Part shown: positions 26,191 through 34,366 of the stretch, one piece after another | Numbering within the stretch: position 1 is the stretch's first letter | Layout of the letters: each line of letters opens with the position of its first letter | Assembly: GCA_905233325.1 (NCBI GenBank) | Contig: CAJODU010000010.1 | Coordinates: 1 to 36,327 of the forward strand | Direction: 5' to 3' | DNA from: an uncultured Selenomonadaceae bacterium | Lineage (GTDB): Bacteria; Bacillota; Negativicutes; Selenomonadales; Selenomonadaceae | Length of the DNA stretch: 36,327 bases | The notes under the pieces: generated by a model | Seen by the model: only the letters and a program-made list of their open reading frames with translations | What the model was told of the DNA's origin: nothing | Databases searched by the model: none | Translations under genes and position numbers: made by a program

Positions 26191-27120
26191 TTAGTCTATA
26201 GAGTAGCGGTTGACCCAGTTAGAGTAACCCTTGGCAAAGGCACGAAGGCGAACCAAACCCTTATATTCGGGAGCATCTCCGTGAATCATTCTGTAAGCAC
26301 CGCCATATTCGTCTTTGATATTATTCCATGAACTCTGCGGCGTCCAGACATCACCCGCACTTATCTTTTCAGTACCTTGTGATAAATTTACGGCTTTTTT
26401 CATAAATTTAATCTCAACGACCTTGCCGGCAGAATTTTTAGTCTCCTGCCACTCCCAAAGGATCAAGTTGGAGCCTTTGAGTCTCATTGTTGTCGTGTCA
26501 GCCGTGACGGTGGTTGTGTTGCCCTTCTCGTCAGTCGCCTGCCAAAGATCTATCCAGCGGTCTTTAGCATTCTTTCTGTTCATCTCGCCTTGTCTGAAGA
26601 CTTCATCAACGATTGCGGCGTAGAAAACTTCATCAAAGGACTGTACATTGATTTCCTTGATTTTTTCATCAGTGGTTGACCAGGTGACTTTTCCGTTGGC
26701 GTCATAGAAGTCTTCGCGGGCATATTGGATAGTGCGATTTTGAGGGTTGATTCTCAGAAGTGCTATACTGTAAGCCAGCATACTCGGATCAGGCAGGATT
26801 GATTTAATATCATAATTTTCAATCGTCATCTCGGCCCCTTCGTAAGTGTAGGTTGTCTTAGTCCACGCCTCTATCTCGGTTGGGATCTCTTTACCGTTGG
26901 AGGTGGTGACTTTTTTGACAACTTTCACTGAATCCGGCTCAAAGAATTTGCCATATTTATCGTCAGCAGAAAGATAGTACCAATTAGTATCATTTTTGAT
27001 TGCAGCTGTGACGGCGGTTTTAGTGGGTTTGTTAGTTTTGGCAGCCGCATCTGAAATCACAGGAAACGTCATCAGCATTGTGCTTACAATTAAACCGGTC
27101 GTCAAGATTCTTTTGTCCAT
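26191..27120 (-). CDS. Secreted protein of unknown function (two-lobed)
   Basis: AGAGGTG SD. The signal peptide is MDKRILTTGLIVSTMLMTFPVISDA/AA. I recognise no catalytic motif. Confidence 0.55.
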   Translation of the reverse strand: MDKRILTTGLIVSTMLMTFPVISDAAAKTNKPTKTAVTAAIKNDTNWYYLSADDKYGKFFEPDSVKVVKKVTTSNGKEIPTEIEAWTKTTYTYEGAEMTIENYDIKSILPDPSMLAYSIALLRINPQNRTIQYAREDFYDANGKVTWSTTDEKIKEINVQSFDEVFYAAIVDEVFRQGEMNRKNAKDRWIDLWQATDEKGNTTTVTADTTTMRLKGSNLILWEWQETKNSAGKVVEIKFMKKAVNLSQGTEKISAGDVWTPQSSWNNIKDEYGGAYRMIHGDAPEYKGLVRLRAFAKGYSNWVNRYSID

Positions 27121-27147
27121 CTTGAAACACCTCTTGTTAATAAGAAT

Positions 27148-28449
27148 TTATGCTGCCTCATTGACTATATACCCGGGCAGTTCATCATAGGCAAAAATAG
27201 CCTCTTTGAAACGGTGCTGCAGATCACTGAATTTGTAAAGACCGTCTGCATTTTGAGAAAGTCCCTTCAACTTCAAAGGATAACTCATTGGCGGCGTTTT
27301 CAATGTCAGCATTGTACGATTGCGCATTTGATCAGTTGATTGATAGACTAAATTTAAAGAGACATACTCAAGGCCATCTTTACTAAGCCATTTTTGGATA
27401 ACTACTTTGGAACCGATTGGAGTTTTCTTTTCGATAGTATTCGGTAATGAATAATCCTCAACATCGAGAGCGGCAAGGACACTGGATATATTTGAATCGT
27501 GTCCGCAAAGGAAGGTAAATCTGCGATTTTTGATAGCAAGCTCGTCATTCATAACCTCAAGCAGCGGATGGGCGACACTGACGGCAACTATGGGTGCAGT
27601 GAAAAGGACATCATAATAAACATCTTTAATGTGGCCGATTTGTTCCCATTCCTTAACGCTGAGTCTGTTATTAAAGGCGGCTTTAATGGCACTGGGTTCC
27701 TCATAGCATTGAAGGATAAGGGCATCACTTGCTTGTGAGGCTAATTTTAATGATCCGCTTACTGCCGGCTGTTTGTGAAGTTCCAGGATCATCTCTGTAT
27801 CATCAGTTTTGAAACCTTTGAAGTCATTCGTTTTGGCATATTCCGATTTATTAATATTAAGCACCTTTTCAAGGATTTTATAATCATTTTTGAGGCTTTC
27901 ACCGATACCTTTGAGACCGTCAGCACCGCCCATCTCATTTATCTGCTTAATCGCCTCGGTGCGGAAAGTCTCATTCATAAATCTGAATCGTGGGCTGAAG
28001 ACGGGATCACTGCCTTCAACAGCAAATTTGTGCTCAATCTTTACATTTGCAATGGGCAGCATACCGCTTGAGAAGTATTGAGCCGTCGCCACTGTACGCT
28101 GCTTGGAATTTGCATAGAAAAGGAACTCGCCCTCCTTGGGTATGTAATTTTCAGTCATGAAGCCTTCTTTAACAAGCCACTGCCTGAAGTATTGCCCCAT
28201 CAATGTTTCTAACTCACCGCCGCGGAGAGAGAGTTCACTCGGTGCAGAAGTCCATTCATACCACTTGTGAGTCGTGATCTTTGAGAGTATAGAATCACTC
28301 CCTGACAGCGGTGCACGGATATTGTGGCGGCTGAGTATCAGCACCTTCTCCAGCTTATAATATTTATTATCATCAACCTGCTCTGCACTCACCATCGTCG
28401 GCAGCACAAATATTATCAAACAGATTACAAATAATAATCTTCTAACCAT
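27148..28449 (-). CDS. Secreted histidine acid phosphatase (branch 2; AppA/Agp/MINPP-like)
   Basis: There is a signal peptide ...PTMVSA/EQ. The catalytic RHNIRAP (RHGxRxP-type) motif and the downstream CGHDSNI (HD) motif are present. Confidence 0.8.
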   Translation of the reverse strand: MVRRLLFVICLIIFVLPTMVSAEQVDDNKYYKLEKVLILSRHNIRAPLSGSDSILSKITTHKWYEWTSAPSELSLRGGELETLMGQYFRQWLVKEGFMTENYIPKEGEFLFYANSKQRTVATAQYFSSGMLPIANVKIEHKFAVEGSDPVFSPRFRFMNETFRTEAIKQINEMGGADGLKGIGESLKNDYKILEKVLNINKSEYAKTNDFKGFKTDDTEMILELHKQPAVSGSLKLASQASDALILQCYEEPSAIKAAFNNRLSVKEWEQIGHIKDVYYDVLFTAPIVAVSVAHPLLEVMNDELAIKNRRFTFLCGHDSNISSVLAALDVEDYSLPNTIEKKTPIGSKVVIQKWLSKDGLEYVSLNLVYQSTDQMRNRTMLTLKTPPMSYPLKLKGLSQNADGLYKFSDLQHRFKEAIFAYDELPGYIVNEAA

Positions 28450-28452
28450 GCC

Positions 28453-28965
28453 CTATTCCTCATTCTTTATCAATTTAATAATTTCTTTACGCAGTTCCTC
28501 AATTCCTATATTTTGCTTGACACTGACACAAACAGGCTTTTTGCCGGAGGCCTCACGAACAGCCGCCGCCAGAAGTTTGCCATTGTCCTGCCATTTGTCC
28601 ACCTGACTTACAATAGGAATAATCTTTGTTCCCGCCCTGTTGAGTCGATTGATCCAAGCAAGCTCCAACTCCATTGAATCATTAGCAATCAACATCAGTG
28701 CAACGTCAATTTCTTCTGCCGCCTCTTTAGTCTTCTTGACACGCTTATCGCTGCCATCAAGACCGGCAGTATCGACAATGGTTACCGCTCCGATGCCCTG
28801 TATATCCATTGCCTTGTAAATGGGCTCTTTCGTTTCGGAAATATCAGCAGAGTCTTCCCCCAGCAAAGCATTTATCAATGCTGACTTGCCGCTGCTGCGT
28901 TTCCCAAAAAGTCCGATTTTGAGTTCCTTGAGATTAATATCATCTGATTTTTCTGTGCGAGACAT
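28453..28965 (-). CDS. Stand-alone small GTPase domain, HydF-like (TrmE-Era-EngA family)
   Basis: G1 is GKRSSGKS, G3 is DTAG and G4-like is SQVD, with VSVKQNIGIEEL at the G5 position. The sequence EPIYKAMDI...VDTAGLDGS resembles the HydF G domain. At 170 aa there is no Fe-S or KH domain. Confidence 0.65.
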   Translation of the reverse strand: MSRTEKSDDINLKELKIGLFGKRSSGKSALINALLGEDSADISETKEPIYKAMDIQGIGAVTIVDTAGLDGSDKRVKKTKEAAEEIDVALMLIANDSMELELAWINRLNRAGTKIIPIVSQVDKWQDNGKLLAAAVREASGKKPVCVSVKQNIGIEELRKEIIKLIKNEE

Positions 28966-28996
28966 AAGCTCACTTCCTTCCGATCATCTTTTGGAT

Positions 28997-29050
28997 ATTT
29001 TATCATAGTTTTCTGAAATTATTCTATGTCGGAGAAAAGTTTTTTGACAA
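28997..29050 (-). promoter_or_regulatory. Promoter region for the GTPase-led operon (two overlapping candidates)
   Basis: One candidate is TTGTCA (29045-29050)-18-TAGAAT (29021-29026). The other is an extended -10, TGaTAAAAT (28997-29005). Confidence 0.4.
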
Positions 29051-29062
29051 ATCACTCTATTT

Positions 29063-29542
29063 TTAATCTCTGCCAATTCCAAGGCGAAACATTATATATT
29101 CCTGTTCCTTCTCCATTTCCAGACGATCTGCTTCTTCCATATGATCATAGCCGAGAAGGTGCAACATACCGTGGACAGTCAAAAATACTATCTCCCGACG
29201 GAGACTGTGTCCGTAATCCTCGGCTTGACTCTCAGCCCTTTCAACAGAGATTATTATATCGCCAAGGGAATCTATCGCCTTATCGGTATCATCAATGATA
29301 ATCTCCGGCTCATCACTTTCAAGGAAGGCAAAGGACAGCACATCAGTCGGGCGATCTATTCCGCGATATTCTTTGTTGAGTTTGTGAATTGTCGTATCGT
29401 CTGTGAGGGTTATGCTGACCTCATGATTATCAACGTCGTAGAGTTTACCAATTAAATTTATTGCCGTCTTGATCTCTTCGACAATCGATTCATTGATAGC
29501 TATAGTTTCAGGTTCTTTGCTGATTATTATTTCCATATTCAT
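29063..29542 (-). CDS. ybeY: rRNA maturation endoribonuclease YbeY
   Basis: The zinc motif [11 protein letters not shown] is present and the length is about 159 aa. The gene overlaps the phoH 3' end by 35 nt; ATG 29536 is an alternative start. Confidence 0.9.
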   Translation of the reverse strand: MNMEIIISKEPETIAINESIVEEIKTAINLIGKLYDVDNHEVSITLTDDTTIHKLNKEYRGIDRPTDVLSFAFLESDEPEIIIDDTDKAIDSLGDIIISVERAESQAEDYGHSLRREIVFLTVHGMLHLLGYDHMEEADRLEMEKEQEYIMFRLGIGRD

Positions 29543-30242
29543 TTTCCTTTGACTGTTTCATCATCTCATAGTTATCATAGGCGTCAATGATTCTTGAGAC
29601 TACATCATGGCGAATGACGTCGCTTGAATCCAGCTTGGCAATTCCGACGCCTTTAATATCTTGCAATATTTCCACTGCCTCAGTGAGACCGGAGCGGACA
29701 CCTCGCGGCAAATCAATCTGTCCCAAATCTCCGGTAACTGCCATCTTTGAATTAAAGCCAAGCCTCGTGAGAAACATTTTCATTTGACGGCTTGTAGTAT
29801 TTTGTGCCTCATCCAGAATTACAAAAGCATCATTAAGTGTCCTGCCCCTCATATATGCAAGCGGTGCAATCTCTATTATACCGCGGCTGGTGAATTTTTG
29901 GTACATATCAAAACCTAAAACATCTTGCAGGGCGTCATAGAGCGGTCTGAGATAGGGATCGACCTTCTCTCTGATATCACCGGGCAAAAATCCCAAACGC
30001 TCACCGGCTTCAACGGCAGGGCGTGTCAGAATGATTTTCTTGACGTCCTTGACGCGCAGATAATAAGCCGCCATAACAACCGCCAGATAAGTCTTGCCTG
30101 TTCCGGCAGGCCCCACGCCCAATGTTATAACATTGCGGCGAATTGTATCTATATAATCTTGCTGTCCTTGGGTTTTGGGACGAATATGCTCACCTTTCGC
30201 CGTCACCAAAATTGTCTCAATATCATTATTATTCACTGTCAA
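29508..30242 (-). CDS. phoH: PhoH-family ATPase, short form lacking the usual N-terminal domain
   Basis: TTG start lies after GGGAAGGTGAG. Motifs [13 protein letters not shown], Walker [36 protein letters not shown] and [11 protein letters not shown] are present. Confidence 0.88.
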   Translation of the reverse strand: MTVNNNDIETILVTAKGEHIRPKTQGQQDYIDTIRRNVITLGVGPAGTGKTYLAVVMAAYYLRVKDVKKIILTRPAVEAGERLGFLPGDIREKVDPYLRPLYDALQDVLGFDMYQKFTSRGIIEIAPLAYMRGRTLNDAFVILDEAQNTTSRQMKMFLTRLGFNSKMAVTGDLGQIDLPRGVRSGLTEAVEILQDIKGVGIAKLDSSDVIRHDVVSRIIDAYDNYEMMKQSKENEYGNNNQQRT

Positions 30243-30266
30243 AGAAAGTACTCACCTTCCCATCGT

Positions 30267-31529
30267 TTAATAATTATCAACAACACCTATAATACCGTCT
30301 TTGAAAATTTCTGTCAACTTGACTTTGATTATTTCGTTGAGAGGTGCCTCACCTTTGATGTAGACTTTCACATATTCGCTGCTGTGTCCTTCGATGAAAT
30401 TACCTTCGGCGTGATCTCTTGCCCTCTCCGTCAAGACTTCAACCTCACTGCCGATTAATTTTTTTAGATATGCTGCTTTCTTCTCCACTGCGAGGGCAAG
30501 AATTTTGTCAACGCGGGATTTCTTTACATTCGGCGATACCTGTTTCATCTCCGCTGCAGGTGTACCCTCTCTCATTGAATAACCGAATACATGGTAGTGG
30601 CTTACAGGCAGCTCTTTCAAGCAAGCCAACGTTTCGCTGAACATTTTTTCTGTCTCTGTCGGAAAACCGAGTATAATATCAATGCCTATCATCATCGTTG
30701 GAATGGCAGCGTGCAGACGTTTTACCATTTGCTTGAAGTCATTGACTGTGTAAGTGCGGTGCATAGCCTTGAGTACGGCGTCACTGCAACTCTGAACGGG
30801 TATATGTAAATGCTTGCAGATTCTTGGCTCGGTTATGATGAGGTTGATTAACTCTTCGGTGACTTCATCAGGCTCAACGCTGGATAACCTCACCCTTGCC
30901 GTTGTATTGTTGAGGACGGCTTTAATGGCGTCGGTTAAAGTCAAGTTTAAGTCACTGCCATATTGACCGAGGTTAATCCCCGTCAGGACAATCTCCTTGT
31001 AGCTTTGAAGTGACTCACATTCCTCAATGATACTGTCAAGACTGCGGCTCCGTGACTTGCCTCTGACTTTCGGAATGATGCAATAAGTACATTGACCGTT
31101 GCAGCCGTCTTGTATTTTCATAAATGCGCGGGTCTTGCTCGGAACGTGCGGCAGATCTTCATAGGTATTGGACATTTCTAATGTTGAAGGATTAATATTT
31201 TGCTGTCTGAATATCTCCTCAACTTTGTCAACAATGCTCTTTCTCTCAGAAGTGCCAACAATGACACTGCTCCCGATCTCCTTGATAATATCAGGCGCAA
31301 GTTGTCCATAGCAGCCCATCACCGCAACCTTTGCCCCACTTTTGAGGGCTTTTCGGATAGCTTGGCGGCTTTTGGCCTCTGCCTCGCCGGTTACGCAGCA
31401 GGTGTTGATGATGACAAAGTCGGCACCTTCCTTGACGATCTCGTGTCCGCACTTTCTAAAGAGTTCTGCGATTGATTCTGCCTCAACGCCGTTGACTTTA
31501 CAACCCAGCGACTCTATTTGAATCTTCAA
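30267..31529 (-). CDS. mtaB: tRNA threonylcarbamoyladenosine methylthiotransferase (MiaB-like radical SAM, MtaB type)
   Basis: TTG start lies after AGGAGAG. The N-terminal sequence is SLGCKVNGVEAE, the radical-SAM motif is CNGQCTYC, and there is a C-terminal TRAM-like segment. Confidence 0.8.
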   Translation of the reverse strand: MKIQIESLGCKVNGVEAESIAELFRKCGHEIVKEGADFVIINTCCVTGEAEAKSRQAIRKALKSGAKVAVMGCYGQLAPDIIKEIGSSVIVGTSERKSIVDKVEEIFRQQNINPSTLEMSNTYEDLPHVPSKTRAFMKIQDGCNGQCTYCIIPKVRGKSRSRSLDSIIEECESLQSYKEIVLTGINLGQYGSDLNLTLTDAIKAVLNNTTARVRLSSVEPDEVTEELINLIITEPRICKHLHIPVQSCSDAVLKAMHRTYTVNDFKQMVKRLHAAIPTMMIGIDIILGFPTETEKMFSETLACLKELPVSHYHVFGYSMREGTPAAEMKQVSPNVKKSRVDKILALAVEKKAAYLKKLIGSEVEVLTERARDHAEGNFIEGHSSEYVKVYIKGEAPLNEIIKVKLTEIFKDGIIGVVDNY

Positions 31530-31675
31530 TATGATCTCTCCTGTATAACATTCTATAATTAAATAACTCAGATTCTGTCAAAAAATTTAAAAATGTGTTA
31601 AAATCATAGAAAAAATTTTCCCTTTAATTTTATTTTACTTCTTTTGTGATGTTTTGACAAGCATAAGTATAATAA

Positions 31676-32155
31676 ATGGTGGTGAGTTTAGTGTATAATA
31701 AAAAATTTTTTGAAAGTGCTGTTGTAAGTCTCCTGGCATTAATCATTGTCTTTTATTGCAATGCTGCTGAGGCTGCCGGTGACATTTCCAAAGTCAGAAT
31801 TGACTATGGCGTGTCTGAAATTTACACACAGGAGGATATGGACTCGGCAATCGAGATCATCAAAGAAAAATTCAGCAGATGGGACGGTTGCGAGCTGCAC
31901 AGTATTCGTTACACCGATGATGATTATTGCAACACCAAAGAAAATATCAACTGGATGAATGATCTGGCGGCAAGTCAAGGCTATGAGCCGAACTTTACAC
32001 AGTGCATTGCATTTTTCAGCAGCTTCCATTCACCAAAATCCTCCGAAGATAATAAAACTGCATTTAACATTGATTCAGAGTATGAGGATTGGTCTTGGTA
32101 CTTGGCAAGAAGTGACGGCGGCGAGTGGAAGTTAATGACATTCGGTTACAACTGA
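31676..32155 (+). CDS. Small secreted protein of unknown function
   Basis: The signal-like N-terminus is YNKKFFESAVVSLLALIIVFYCNAAEA. The start is ambiguous: ATG 31676 or GTG 31691 after GGTGGTGAG. Confidence 0.5.
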   Translation: MVVSLVYNKKFFESAVVSLLALIIVFYCNAAEAAGDISKVRIDYGVSEIYTQEDMDSAIEIIKEKFSRWDGCELHSIRYTDDDYCNTKENINWMNDLAASQGYEPNFTQCIAFFSSFHSPKSSEDNKTAFNIDSEYEDWSWYLARSDGGEWKLMTFGYN

Positions 32156-32270
32156 ATTTCTGAAGATGAAAAAAATTTCTGAATTTTGCATAGACAAGGC
32201 TAATATTTTTGCGTATAATATGTCTATCAATTTTTTTCGTCTCGATTCGATGATATGGGAGGGCAATTTG

Positions 32271-33917
32271 ATGAAGGGTAAACCTATTTATGTAATTGGT
32301 CACCGCAATCCTGATACTGATTCTATCTGCTCGGCGATCAGCTATGCAAATTTGAAAAGGGCAATGGGAATAAATGCTGTCGCGGCACGTTGCGGCAAGG
32401 TCAACAACGAAACAAAATACGCACTTGAATATTTTAAGATTGATGAGCCTGTTATGATTCAAGACCTCTATCCGCGTGTCAAAGATGTTGTGCTTGAAGT
32501 CAAGACTGTTGTCAGACAGCATGACACAATAAGACATCTCGGTGAAGTTATGCGTAAAACCGATCTGAAATCCATTCCTGTCGTTGACAGCAAGGGCGGC
32601 CTCGTTGGTATTGTGTCAACCGGCGATCTTGCTAAACGTTATTTCCTTGAGCTTGGTCTTCAGAGTCTCGCTGATATGCGCGTTCGTTATCGTGATATAA
32701 TCCAGGCCACAGAGGCTAAGGCACTGGTCTCCGGCGACGAGAATGAGATCATTGAAGGAAATATCAGAATCCTCACCGGCAGCGTTGCCAAAGCTAAGGA
32801 GATTATTGAACCCGGTGATATTGTTCTCACAGGTGACAGAAGTCTTGACACTCTTAAAAAAGTTCTTGCGCTTGATGTTTCCTGCTTGATTATTACCAAT
32901 GATTGCCGCGTGCCGCCTGAAATTATCGCCGAGGCTAAAGCTCTCAACCGTTTCATTCTCTCCACGCCTTATGACACTTACACTGTTGGACGTTTGATTA
33001 ATCAGTGTGTGCCTATCCGCCGCATTATGCACGACAATCCGATCTGCTTTAAGCCTATGGATCTTTTGAGTGATATCAAGGGCATTATGGACGAGCACAG
33101 ATTTAGAAGTTACCCTGTTGTCGAGAATAATAAACTTGTCGGTATTGTCACTTCTGATGAGATTATGCTGCCGGCACATGAGCGTATAATCCTCGTTGAC
33201 CACAATGAGCGCGGACAGGCCATTGAGGGTATTGAGGACGCTAAAATCGTTGAAATTGTCGATCACCACAGACTTGGCGGTATTCAGACTTCAGAGCCGA
33301 TTTACATTCACCAGGAACCCGTTGGTTGTACTTGCACGATTATTGCCAACATTTATTGGCAGAATGATATTGATATTCCACCTTCGATTGCAGGTCTGCT
33401 CCTCTCCGCCATTCTCTCTGATACAGTCCTCTTTAAGTCTCCAACTTGCACAGAGAAGGATAAGAGAACGGCAGAGCGTCTTGCACAAATTGCCGGTGTC
33501 AATCTGCGTGAATACGGTCTTGCAATGCTCAAGGCCGGTGCAGGTATTGGCGACAAGACACCGCAGGAGATCATCAAAACTGACCTCAAGGAGTTCAAGA
33601 TTGGCGATTATAAGATTGTCGTTTCGCAGATTTCAGTTATGGATCCGCAAGAAGTGCTTGACATTGAGGATAAATTGATTGCAGCAATGCAGGAGAACTG
33701 CGACCGCGAAGGCTATGATATGGATTTAATGATGGTCACTGACATTCTTGAGGAGGCTACTTACCTGCTCTTTACCGGTTCACCCAAAACTTTGATTGGT
33801 GAGGCCTTCAAAAAGGACGCCAGCGGCACCCATGTCTACCTGCCGGGTGTTATGAGTCGCAAAAAGCAGATGATTCCGCCTCTCTCTGAGGCTGTCAAAA
33901 AAATAACTAATCAGTAA
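32271..33917 (+). CDS. Family II (DHH) inorganic pyrophosphatase with CBS-pair and DRTGG insert (CBS-PPase)
   Basis: ATG 32271 follows GGGAGGG; the 35 upstream codons in the track ORF are unlikely to be translated. Motifs VIGHRNPDTDSICS, VDHNE and DHHRLGG are present, two CBS-like repeats lie between them, and the DHHA2 end ...SRKKQMIPPL is present. Confidence 0.85.
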   Translation: MKGKPIYVIGHRNPDTDSICSAISYANLKRAMGINAVAARCGKVNNETKYALEYFKIDEPVMIQDLYPRVKDVVLEVKTVVRQHDTIRHLGEVMRKTDLKSIPVVDSKGGLVGIVSTGDLAKRYFLELGLQSLADMRVRYRDIIQATEAKALVSGDENEIIEGNIRILTGSVAKAKEIIEPGDIVLTGDRSLDTLKKVLALDVSCLIITNDCRVPPEIIAEAKALNRFILSTPYDTYTVGRLINQCVPIRRIMHDNPICFKPMDLLSDIKGIMDEHRFRSYPVVENNKLVGIVTSDEIMLPAHERIILVDHNERGQAIEGIEDAKIVEIVDHHRLGGIQTSEPIYIHQEPVGCTCTIIANIYWQNDIDIPPSIAGLLLSAILSDTVLFKSPTCTEKDKRTAERLAQIAGVNLREYGLAMLKAGAGIGDKTPQEIIKTDLKEFKIGDYKIVVSQISVMDPQEVLDIEDKLIAAMQENCDREGYDMDLMMVTDILEEATYLLFTGSPKTLIGEAFKKDASGTHVYLPGVMSRKKQMIPPLSEAVKKITNQ

Positions 33918-33936
33918 ATACTCATTGCAATATAAA

Positions 33937-33979
33937 AGGCTTTTCTTCCAAACTTTGGGAAATAAAAGCCTCTTTTTTT
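33937..33979 (+). terminator. Intrinsic terminator of the PPase gene
   Basis: AGGCTTTT (33937-33944) pairs with AAAAGCCT (33964-33971). There is an inner 6-bp stem, and the hairpin is followed by cTTTTTTT. Confidence 0.75.
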
Positions 33980-34100
33980 GTGTCAAATTTATGTTAAATA
34001 AAAAGACAAGACCTCCCAAAATTGAAAGCCCTGCCTTTTCGTTTTACTTCAGAAAGCTAAGTTAAAATCCTTTACATCACCTCTCTGCACTTTGTCAAAT

Positions 34101-34220
34101 TTCTTCGATTGGTGAGATCGACGAAACTTTCAAAAGTCTATATTCTTTTTTACCATGCTCCATCGATTGGTGAGATCAATGGATCCCCACATCTTTTGTC
34201 GACTGGTGGAGCCGCAAAAG
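34101..34220 (+). repeat. Three hairpin-forming copies of a GAyTGGTGrAG motif that is also found inside the PPase gene at 33794-33803
   Basis: The exact 10-mer GATTGGTGAG occurs at 34107-34116 and 34165-34174, with the variant GACTGGTGGAG at 34201-34211. Stems are at 34101-34125, 34160-34182 and about 34195-34219. Confidence 0.7.
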
Positions 34221-34310
34221 CATTTAATAAAGTGTGGATGTTTTTTTATTTCTTTATGTGCCGAATTGTATCACGTTTTTTAAAAAAAATCTTTAGAATA
34301 AGATTAAAAT

Positions 34311-34342
34311 TTGATGAAAAAAATAAAAGATTTTCTAATCTT
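34311..34342 (-). terminator. Weak AT-rich intrinsic terminator after dedA
   Basis: On the minus strand AAGATT-agaa-AATCTT (34327-34342) is followed by TTATTTTTTTC. Confidence 0.4.
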
Positions 34343-34366
34343 ATTTTAATAAAACTCTAAAAAATC

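Noticed and set aside
33972-33999. A dif-like site: TTATGTTAAAT (33989-33999) equals the XerD-binding arm of E. coli dif and sits between convergent genes
   Set aside because: The 17 nt upstream (CTTTTTTTGTG + TCAAAT) bear no resemblance to a XerC arm. There is no ...ATAA inner palindrome. An 11-mer this AT-rich can occur by chance, and part of it is the terminator U-tract. It would only be worth revisiting if genome-wide GC-skew places the terminus here.
34233-34240. A DnaA-box-like TGTGGATG (complement CATCCACA)
   Set aside because: It is a single imperfect box with no cluster, no AT-rich unwinding element context and no dnaA/dnaN nearby. It is not an origin.
34109-34360. An 83-aa track ORF in the PPase/dedA spacer
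   Set aside because: It starts at TTG without an SD. Its C-terminal half (KKIFRIRLKFDEKNKRFSNLILIKL) is simply a translation of AT-rich terminator sequence. It runs through the dedA terminator hairpin. Its only protein-like stretch is the decayed PPase-derived segment discussed in the findings.
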